Shown: one piece after another, positions 8,252 to 14,667 of the stretch
How positions within the stretch are numbered: position 1 is the stretch's first letter
Layout: every line of letters begins with the position of its first letter
DNA from: a virus
Lineage: Duplodnaviria > Heunggongvirae > Uroviricota > Caudoviricetes
IMG/VR virus record: IMGVR_UViG_2778261447_000005
Coordinates: 1 to 18,499 of that record
Strand: one strand, 5' to 3'
DNA: 18,499 bases
The notes under the pieces: generated by a model
Seen by the model: only the letters and a program-made list of their open reading frames with translations
Database searches by the model: none
Told to the model about the DNA's origin: nothing
Program-made: the position numbers and the translations under genes

Positions 8252-9088
8252 TCAGTAGTCAGCCAGTTGTCTGGACTGCCCGCCGGTTGCCGTAAAACGA
8301 CTTTTCTGATCAGCGTCCAGTCCGCGCAGTCTGTTTTTCAGCTCTGCCAGCTCAGTGGACAGGGTGGCGACTTTCTGTCTGTCTGCCTGATGGCGCGATT
8401 CCAGTGCACTGAAGCGGTCGAGAAGGTCGGCATGCGATGAGGCTATCCCCTCAACGGCGTCATGAATGCGGGAGAACCGGGTGTCGTCAGCCCTGCGTCC
8501 TCGCCCAATCATGTTCATCACGCGGTTAAACCACTGCGCACCTTCCTCGCTGCGGCGCTCCGTCAGTTCGATCACTTCAGCCTCAATGGCGTCAGAGAAC
8601 ATCGGTGCTTCCGTCTGCTGATTATTGAAGGTCATGACCGAACGGCGCTGCTGCAGGGCGAACTGAAGACGCTCCGTGCCGATGCTTGCCGGGGTGTCTG
8701 TCATGGCAAGGCCAATAAGATACGGGGTGCCCGTAGGGGTGAAATTTCGTGCCAGCTCAATACTGGAGTAAATTTTCTTACCCCGGGAGACCAGATTTTT
8801 CATGCGGTCGGTGGGTTCGATTTCCGCATACAGCGCAGTACGACCGGCCAGCGGACCTTCGGTGATTTCTTCTGTGCTCAGTGCCGTCACATCACCCATG
8901 GCGGAAAATTCACTGGACGGAACCGGTGAAAGCCAGTGCTCCACGTTCACGCGTGCGCCGTAAATCTCAGGGTTGAAGTTACTGGCCGCCGCGCGCAAAT
9001 CTGCGGCGCTGATTTCGCGACCGTCTGCGGTGGGACCGGAAACGGCCACGCGGAATGTTTTACGGGATGTTTTTTTCTGTTCAGGCAT
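8252..9088 (-). CDS. O: Capsid scaffolding protein gpO-like
   Basis: ORF 8252..9229 trimmed to internal ATG 9088 (MPEQKKTSRKTFRVAVSGPTADGREISAADL...), 279 aa, GAGGG RBS; resembles P2 gpO N-terminus and length. The upstream 47 codons of the track ORF would invade the promoter region. Confidence 0.85.
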   Translation of the reverse strand: MPEQKKTSRKTFRVAVSGPTADGREISAADLRAAASNFNPEIYGARVNVEHWLSPVPSSEFSAMGDVTALSTEEITEGPLAGRTALYAEIEPTDRMKNLVSRGKKIYSSIELARNFTPTGTPYLIGLAMTDTPASIGTERLQFALQQRRSVMTFNNQQTEAPMFSDAIEAEVIELTERRSEEGAQWFNRVMNMIGRGRRADDTRFSRIHDAVEGIASSHADLLDRFSALESRHQADRQKVATLSTELAELKNRLRGLDADQKSRFTATGGQSRQLADY

Positions 9089-9156
9089 TGTCGGGCCCTC
9101 GTGATGATCGTTTGTCTCATGATGGCAAAACGGGGCAGGGACAGACAAAGTGCGTT

Positions 9157-9180
9157 TGTTGTAAGCGAATGCCGACAACA
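9157..9180. promoter_or_regulatory. Ogr/Delta-type late-promoter activator site (TGTTGT-N12-ACAACA dyad) in divergent O/P intergenic region
   Basis: Read directly: TGTTGTaagcgaatgccgACAACA, a perfect TGT-N12-ACA dyad with extended arms, centred ~55 bp upstream of a candidate -10 (TAAACT, ~9213-9218) for the P/Q operon. Confidence 0.5.
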
Positions 9181-9242
9181 CCGGGCATGGCAGGAGGCCT
9201 GTAAGGGGTGAGTAAACTGCCTGAATCACATGAGGGGGAGAA

Positions 9243-10994
9243 ATGATTCAGGATACATTTGTTCGCCAGCGGGCACGCCAGCTGTACTGGCAGGGTTACC
9301 CTGTTGCGGAAATTTCCCGCCTTATGGGTATCAACCAGAACACGATCCATTCGTGGAAAAAACGCGACCAGTGGGATGAGACGCCCCCGGTTCAGCGTGT
9401 CACGCAGTCCATGGATGCGCGACTCATTCAGCTCACGGAAAAACAGAATAAAACAGGCGGGGACTTTAAGGAAATTGATTTGCTGACCCGTCAGCTTAAA
9501 AAGCTGCATGACGGTCTGCCGGATGAGACGGCAACAGGAAAGAAAGGCCGGGCGAAAAAACGCAAAAATCATTTCACGCCGGAACAGATCGCGGCGCTGC
9601 GGGAAAAAATTACCGACAGGCTGGCCGGACACCAGCGCAAATGGCTTGATGCTATCGGTGCCTGTGAGCGTGCCGGAATTACTGACAGGATGATCCTGAA
9701 ATCCCGCCAGATTGGGGCGACCTGGTATTTTGCGCAGGAAGCGCTGCTGATGGCGCTGCGTGACGATGTGGCACAACCTTACCAGCGTAACCAGATTTTT
9801 TTGTCTGCGTCTCGTCGTCAGGCGCTCCAGTTTAAAAGCATTATTCAGAAGGCTGCATCTGAAGTTGATGTGGAACTGAAAGGGGGCGATAAAGTCATCC
9901 TCTCCAACGGTGCAGAGCTGCATTTTCTCGGCACTTCTGCGGCCACCGCGCAAGCGTACACAGGGAATCTGTATTTTGATGAGTTTTTCTGGACGGGGCG
10001 TTTCGCAGAGCTGCGCAAGGTGGCTGCTGCTATGGCAACGCTGGATGGTTTGCGGTGTACCTATTTTTCCACGCCATCAAGTGAAACACATGAGGCGTAT
10101 GCATACTGGAACGGCGATCACTGGAATGAAGGGCTTCGTACTCATAAACGTCAGCATTTTGATGTGAGCTGGAATGCGCTTCATAACGGCCTTATCTGTC
10201 CTGACTATATCTGGCGGCAAATTGTGACGCTGGAAGATGTGGTCAGTCAGGGATGGACGTTAACCAACATTGACAAAATCCGGCGCAATAACACTGAAGA
10301 CGAGTTCCGCAATCTCTACATGTGTGAATTTGCTCGCGAAGGGGAATCGGCATTTAACCTGAATATCCTGATTGGCTGCGGTGTTGACGGATACGACGAG
10401 TGGCCGGACTGGAAGCCGTTTGCACCGCGTCCGATGGGGAACCGCCCTGTGTGGATTGGGTACGACGCCAACGGCAGTAGCGGGAACGGTGACAGCGGGG
10501 CGGTTGTCGTGGTGGTGCCGCCAGCCGTACCGGGCGGGCGTTTTCGCACCGTGGAGACGCGGCGGGTGCAGGGGCTGGAGTTTGAGGCGCAGGCGAAGGT
10601 GATTGAAGAGTTCACCTTTCGCTATAACGTTGAGCATATCGGTATTGACGTAACCGGCGGTCACGGGGATGCGGTGTATCAGATTGTGAAGCGCTTTTTT
10701 CCGGCAGCCATTCCCTACACCTTCACCCTGTCATCAAAGCGCACGCTGGTTCTGAAGATGCTGCAGCTCATGCGCGCCGGGCGGTGGGAGTACGACCGCA
10801 GCGAGCGCGAACTGGTGAGCGCCTTTAACGCGGTACGCAAAACAAAAACGCAGGCCGGATTTATCACCTACGAAACAGATCGCGCAAGAGGCGTAAGCCA
10901 TGGCGATCTTGCATGGGCCACCATGCTGGCCGTTATCAACGAACCTGTCGGCGGTGAACATGATGCCGCCCCCTTCAGTGTTACGGAGTTCTGA
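9243..10994 (+). CDS. P: Terminase large (ATPase) subunit gpP-like
   Basis: 583 aa; N-terminus with QLYWQGYPVAEISRLMGIN...HSWKKRDQWDE matches P2 gpP-type terminases; GAGGGGGAG RBS; divergent from O as in P2. Confidence 0.9.
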   Translation: MIQDTFVRQRARQLYWQGYPVAEISRLMGINQNTIHSWKKRDQWDETPPVQRVTQSMDARLIQLTEKQNKTGGDFKEIDLLTRQLKKLHDGLPDETATGKKGRAKKRKNHFTPEQIAALREKITDRLAGHQRKWLDAIGACERAGITDRMILKSRQIGATWYFAQEALLMALRDDVAQPYQRNQIFLSASRRQALQFKSIIQKAASEVDVELKGGDKVILSNGAELHFLGTSAATAQAYTGNLYFDEFFWTGRFAELRKVAAAMATLDGLRCTYFSTPSSETHEAYAYWNGDHWNEGLRTHKRQHFDVSWNALHNGLICPDYIWRQIVTLEDVVSQGWTLTNIDKIRRNNTEDEFRNLYMCEFAREGESAFNLNILIGCGVDGYDEWPDWKPFAPRPMGNRPVWIGYDANGSSGNGDSGAVVVVVPPAVPGGRFRTVETRRVQGLEFEAQAKVIEEFTFRYNVEHIGIDVTGGHGDAVYQIVKRFFPAAIPYTFTLSSKRTLVLKMLQLMRAGRWEYDRSERELVSAFNAVRKTKTQAGFITYETDRARGVSHGDLAWATMLAVINEPVGGEHDAAPFSVTEF

Positions 10995-12049
10995 TGAGCA
11001 GAAAAAATAAACAACGACGTACGAACGCCCGCGCAGCGCAGGGCAGCCTTGCGGATTCCCTGCGAAGCGACCCGACACTAAGTGCCTTCACGTTTGAAGG
11101 ACCTTACCGGCTGTCAGGGGCCGACCTGCTGGACAGCATGTACTGCGCCGACAACGGGCGGTGGTTTGAAACGCCCGTTGACTGGTACGGACTGGCACGG
11201 GCTGCCCGCCAGACGTCCTGGCACCAGTCGGCGCTCAGCTTCAAACGTAATGTGCTGCTGGGCTGCTATATTCCACATCCTCTGCTGTCCCGCCAGGAGT
11301 TCGCCGGGGTGGCGATGGACTGGTTTGTGTTCGGTAATGCCTGTCTTGAGCTGCGGCGCAACATGCTTGGCGAACCGCTGGCCCTGCGCCGGGCGCTGGC
11401 GAAATACATGCGACGTGGCAGCGATATGAAATCATGGTGGTATATACAGGAAGGACAGGAAGAGTACCGCTTTCGTGAGGGGACGATATGCCACCTGATG
11501 AATCCTGATATCAACCAGGAGATTTACGGGATGCCGGATTACCTGGGCGGCCTGCTGTCTGCCAGCCTGTCACATTCCGCCGATATCTTCCGCAAGCTCT
11601 ACTACGATAACGGCTCACACGCGGGCTGTATTGTCTACATCGGTGCGGCGCAGGTTGACCGTGAAAGCATGGAAAAACTGCGGGAAACACTGCAAAGCGC
11701 GCGTGGTGGCGGGGCGTTTAAAAATCTGCTCATCCACGCGGCGGGAGGTGGTAAGGATGGCGTACAGATTTTGCCGTTTCAGCAAATCACCGCAAAGGAT
11801 GAGTTCATGAACGTCAAGGCTGCATCGCGTGATGATGTGCTGTCCGTGCACCGTGTACCGCCGCAGCTGATGGGGGCCATGCCGGGTGAGAAGGGGTCAT
11901 TCGGGGATGTGGAGAAGGCAGCCCGTGTGTTTGCCATTAACGAACTGATGCCCGTCATGGAAGCAATGAAACACGTCAACGACTGGCTGGGCGAAGAGGT
12001 GATCCGTTTTAACCCTTACGCACTGTTAGACACCCAGCCCATATCCTGA
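10994..12049 (+). CDS. Q: Portal (capsid vertex) protein gpQ-like
   Basis: 351 aa; SAFTFEGP, NGRWFETPV, PDINQEIYGMPDYL, GKDGVQILPFQ and QLMGAMPGEKGSFGDVEKAARVF match P2 gpQ as I recall it; start overlaps P stop. Confidence 0.9.
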   Translation: MSRKNKQRRTNARAAQGSLADSLRSDPTLSAFTFEGPYRLSGADLLDSMYCADNGRWFETPVDWYGLARAARQTSWHQSALSFKRNVLLGCYIPHPLLSRQEFAGVAMDWFVFGNACLELRRNMLGEPLALRRALAKYMRRGSDMKSWWYIQEGQEEYRFREGTICHLMNPDINQEIYGMPDYLGGLLSASLSHSADIFRKLYYDNGSHAGCIVYIGAAQVDRESMEKLRETLQSARGGGAFKNLLIHAAGGGKDGVQILPFQQITAKDEFMNVKAASRDDVLSVHRVPPQLMGAMPGEKGSFGDVEKAARVFAINELMPVMEAMKHVNDWLGEEVIRFNPYALLDTQPIS

Positions 12050-12075
12050 CGCGCTTCGCTTGTCTGCTGCTTCGC

Positions 12076-12100
12076 CGGGGCATAAAAAATTTATGCCCCG
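12076..12100. terminator. Perfect 11-bp stem / 3-nt loop hairpin between convergent Q and the 12116 ORF
   Basis: cGGGGCATAAAaaaTTTATGCCCCg read directly; lies 27 nt after the Q stop and 16 nt after the convergent ORF stop. No flanking U-tract, so terminator function is inferred from position only. Confidence 0.45.
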
Positions 12101-12115
12101 ACTCTCCAGCTCTGC

Positions 12116-12619
12116 TTAACGAAGTGCTGATGGCGCTCGCTTTTTCAGGTGATTAGCGATGTGCTTTTTCATGTGCATAACAACATCGCCCCAGGCTTCT
12201 TCGCTGGGTTTATTGATAAATACGCGAACAGAAATATCGTCTTCCACCCGGACTCTCAGAGACACCCGTTCCGCATCTACTGAATATAATTCAAGTGCAA
12301 TAACCACGCTTACCGGGTAGCTGCTGTCAGATGACTTAACCCAGGTTCGCACGGCCATGCGGAAAATATTGTCTGGTGCAGATGCGATATTGTGGACTGA
12401 AAGAGGACTAAAATCCGCCGCTGTCTTACATGGCAAGCCTGTCTCCACGTAGCGGTGCAGGTCGCCATCATCGTCTTCCCAGTACATGGATGGAAGCCCC
12501 AGCCATTCTTCATAGAAATCAATCAGCCTTGCCGCTTCATCCCGCAAAATTTGAGCTGCCTCAGCGCGTTTTTCTTCAGCTTCACGATTGATCTGGCATA
12601 AATCATTAAAGTGGCTCAT
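12116..12619 (-). CDS. Hypothetical protein, unrecognised family (accessory/moron candidate); alternative in-frame start at 12826/12829 would give ~237 aa
   Basis: ATG 12619 is preceded by AAGAGGA at optimal spacing (MSHFNDLCQINREAEEKRAEAAQILRDEAARL..., 167 aa). The same frame stays open 70 codons further upstream (TTG-ATG at 12829/12826) but without an RBS. No resemblance to P2 structural or replication proteins that I can recall. Confidence 0.55.
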   Translation of the reverse strand: MSHFNDLCQINREAEEKRAEAAQILRDEAARLIDFYEEWLGLPSMYWEDDDGDLHRYVETGLPCKTAADFSPLSVHNIASAPDNIFRMAVRTWVKSSDSSYPVSVVIALELYSVDAERVSLRVRVEDDISVRVFINKPSEEAWGDVVMHMKKHIANHLKKRAPSALR

Positions 12620-13045
12620 GACATTATCCTCTTTTGAGTTGATGCCTGCCGCTATTCTGACTTTGCCCGGGTTCTCCTGCAAGCTGGTTATTCCTTCAGA
12701 TAATTTCACAACATCTCCAACCTTGTAGCCATCATCGCCGGGCGGATGCTTACGCAACCCCGCAACTCTGACGACATATTCTCGCTGCCTCAGTGCGATT
12801 TTGACGGCCTTATCTTTCACCCCCATCAAATCAAGCTTTTACGTCTTTTTTACGCTCAGCGTGAGAAATACAGCCATTCTGTTGTGTCGCTGCAACATCG
12901 TTCAGGGAATGCTATTTACCCCCTGAAACGCGGGCTGTTCCCCCGTCACCTGCGCGCAGAAAAAGGCCTTTTTTCGTGCACGCACGGATCCCCGACGGAT
13001 CCAGACGCCACACGGGCCGGAAGGGCAAAAAGTCGTTCAAAAAAA

Positions 13046-13072
13046 TTGTGCAAATTTGTGCACTATTGTGCA
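13046..13072. repeat. Three perfect direct repeats of TTGTGCA at exact 10-bp phasing
   Basis: aTTGTGCAaatTTGTGCActaTTGTGCAttg read directly (13046, 13056, 13066), immediately adjacent to the terminator hairpin, inside a ~280-bp non-coding stretch. Confidence 0.5.
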
Positions 13073-13080
13073 TTGAAATA

Positions 13081-13103
13081 AACGCCCTGGAGGAGGGCGT
13101 TTT
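13081..13103. terminator. Rho-independent terminator, probably bidirectional; ends the minus-strand A-linked operon
   Basis: AACGCCCTggaggAGGGCGTT (8-bp GC-rich stem, 5-nt loop) followed by TT on plus and by TTTATTTCAAT on minus; begins 7 nt after the stop of the 13110..13511 ORF. Confidence 0.65.
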
Positions 13104-13109
13104 GCTCAT

Positions 13110-13511
13110 CTATTTATAGCCTTGCCCCTTACTGGCCAGCGCCCTGATGGCAGGGCGTGCCAACACCATATTTTGGCAATGATGAATTGCCCGGCAAAAT
13201 TCATCTCTACCCATTGGATGCTCAACTGGCAATGTAAAATACAGGTTCCATGCATCGCCTAAAAGTTGGGCTATCTTTTGTTCTTCAGATGTCAGCAAGC
13301 GGTACTCCCCATCCTTGATGTAGTCACTTGTGCCATCGACCTGCTGTTCTGCAATGTGGAAAGCACCTATTGGTTTTGCTTCCAGCGATGCCAAAGCAAT
13401 CCGTGCCAGTTTTTCCGCTTCTTCGGCTGGCAGTACAACGTTGCTACCAGGTCCGTATGTTTCGCGCCACTGCCTGATTGTCAGTAGTCGCTCTTTGGTT
13501 ATAGTGGTCAT
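13110..13511 (-). CDS. Hypothetical protein (133 aa), last gene of A-linked cassette
   Basis: ATG 13511 overlaps the upstream stop (ATGA); GAGGAT RBS; ends just before the terminator. Sequence MTTITKERLLTIRQWRETYGPGSNVVLPAEEAEKLARIALASLEAK... not recognised. Confidence 0.55.
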   Translation of the reverse strand: MTTITKERLLTIRQWRETYGPGSNVVLPAEEAEKLARIALASLEAKPIGAFHIAEQQVDGTSDYIKDGEYRLLTSEEQKIAQLLGDAWNLYFTLPVEHPMGRDEFCRAIHHCQNMVLARPAIRALASKGQGYK

Positions 13512-13717
13512 TTGTTAATCCTCAAAACTTTATGCCCGGGCGCAAAAGCACGAGTTTTGTCTTTGCTTATTCGCCAGCCATCCTTACGCGCCTCTTTTGC
13601 ACAGCCAGTCCATGACGTACCGATATATTCACCGAAGTCTGGCGTTTGATATTTACCATTTGTACACTGGCGACAATCACAATAGAGATGCATGGTGTAA
13701 CTTGCGGCAATAGCCAT
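13508..13717 (-). CDS. Hypothetical small Cys-cluster protein (69 aa), possible zinc-binding
   Basis: ATG 13717 with AGGAG RBS; contains C-x-C-x2-C ... C (HLYCDCRQC...WTGC); stop overlaps the next start. Confidence 0.5.
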   Translation of the reverse strand: MAIAASYTMHLYCDCRQCTNGKYQTPDFGEYIGTSWTGCAKEARKDGWRISKDKTRAFAPGHKVLRINK

Positions 13718-13718
13718 A

Positions 13719-14033
13719 TCAGTCTCCTTTGATGCCAGTGTTTACAACCTGACAAGCCTCTTTGAGCACCCAGTCAACAGCGTCTTGCCATGCTCCGGTT
13801 TCGACTGGCGGATTCTCACGCTTTACCAGTTCATAGAAACGTACTGCTCTAACCAGTCCATCTGACGGTTTTACCTGTAGTGCAGCCTGAGCTATGCGGT
13901 ATACCTGGAGCATACAGGCGTCGTTGATATCCATTCCGAATGGAATATCTGATGACTGAGATTCCACATCTTCCAGCCTGGCAATTTCTTTACGTAAGAA
14001 GCCTTTCAGTTCCTGCTTCTGTTTCCTGTTCAT
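13719..14033 (-). CDS. Hypothetical protein (~104 aa)
   Basis: The track ORF 13719..14048 starts on a TTG; the first ATG at 14033 (MNRKQKQELKGFLRKEIARLEDVES...) has a GAAGGA RBS. Family not recognised. Confidence 0.5.
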   Translation of the reverse strand: MNRKQKQELKGFLRKEIARLEDVESQSSDIPFGMDINDACMLQVYRIAQAALQVKPSDGLVRAVRFYELVKRENPPVETGAWQDAVDWVLKEACQVVNTGIKGD

Positions 14034-14044
14034 ATATTTTTCCT

Positions 14045-14239
14045 TCAAAGTTCGGTTCGCTGACAGGGTTTCTCTTTACGGCAGACAATGACGCTTCCTT
14101 TGCTCGAGTCGGTGATTGTTACCGTGCCGTCATCACACTGGACAATGACAACGGTGTTGCTCTTTTTCGCTACGCAGTTCGGCGTGGCTGATTGTGCGAA
14201 TGGCGCGAAAAACAGCAGAAAAAGTAATATTCTGCTCAC
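14045..14239 (-). CDS. Hypothetical small secreted protein (64 aa precursor, ~45 aa mature, 4 Cys)
   Basis: GTG start at 14239 overlapping the upstream stop (GTGA), GGGAGG 8 nt upstream. Product MSRILLFLLFFAPFAQS|ATPNCVAKKSNTVVIVQCDDGTVTITDSSKGSVIVCRKEKPCQRTEL has a classic type-I signal peptide with an AQS-type cleavage site. The track's longer 123-aa version would overlap the upstream gene out of frame. Confidence 0.5.
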   Translation of the reverse strand: MSRILLFLLFFAPFAQSATPNCVAKKSNTVVIVQCDDGTVTITDSSKGSVIVCRKEKPCQRTEL

Positions 14240-14667
14240 TGTTGTTTCCTCCCGTTCTGTGCTGGTCTGGCGAATGAATTGCGTTGTGGTGAAAAGACCA
14301 TTCGCGCCAGCGCGGCCTTGTGATTGACTGTGTTCAGTGTTCTGGCCAGTCCGCCGTTGTGCCTGCGTGTCCGCTCTTCGTGATATCTCTGCATGATTTT
14401 CCCGGCAGGCGTGCACGGCTCCGGTTCCTCCGGCGAACGGCGCGGACGAATGACGACAGTCCAGCTATGGCTCTCGCTGCCCGGCCGCCTGTTGAGTATG
14501 TCGGCGATGGTGGTCTCCGTGGTGCGATCGGGGCTGACTATCGTGATTTCCAGCTCGTCGCCCGGTTGTGGCCTTGTGGCAGGCCTGAACAGTGTCAGCA
14601 CCGGCATACGCTGGCGCATGATGGCCTCAAACTGTGGGCGCTGCATGGTGCAGCAAAATCGCGTCAT
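14236..14667 (-). CDS. Hypothetical Arg-rich protein (143 aa), translationally coupled to A
   Basis: ATG 14667 overlaps the A stop (ATGA) and is preceded by GGAGG; at the position of P2 orf91 but longer, and I do not recognise the sequence. Confidence 0.5.
   Translation of the reverse strand: MTRFCCTMQRPQFEAIMRQRMPVLTLFRPATRPQPGDELEITIVSPDRTTETTIADILNRRPGSESHSWTVVIRPRRSPEEPEPCTPAGKIMQRYHEERTRRHNGGLARTLNTVNHKAALARMVFSPQRNSFARPAQNGRKQQ

Noticed and set aside
8252-9229. Full 325-aa version of the scaffold ORF as listed in the track
   Set aside because: The first 47 codons would cover the O/P divergent promoter and come within 14 bp of the P start; the internal ATG at 9088 with an RBS matches the gpO family N-terminus and length.
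9117-9953. 278-aa minus-strand ORF overlapping the start of the large terminase gene and the late promoter region
   Set aside because: Antisense to gpP with clear homology; it would also run through the O/P divergent promoter; composition is not protein-like.
13046-13072. Possible CRISPR-like array (TTGTGCA repeats)
   Set aside because: Repeats are only 7 bp with 3-bp spacers, far too short for CRISPR; no cas genes in the window.
12746-13081. 111-aa plus-strand ORF ending exactly at the 13081 terminator hairpin
   Set aside because: Its C-terminus is simply the translated TTGTGCA repeats, it has no RBS, and it starts antisense inside the 12116..12829 ORF; more likely a non-coding region. A small RNA here is still possible (see finding).
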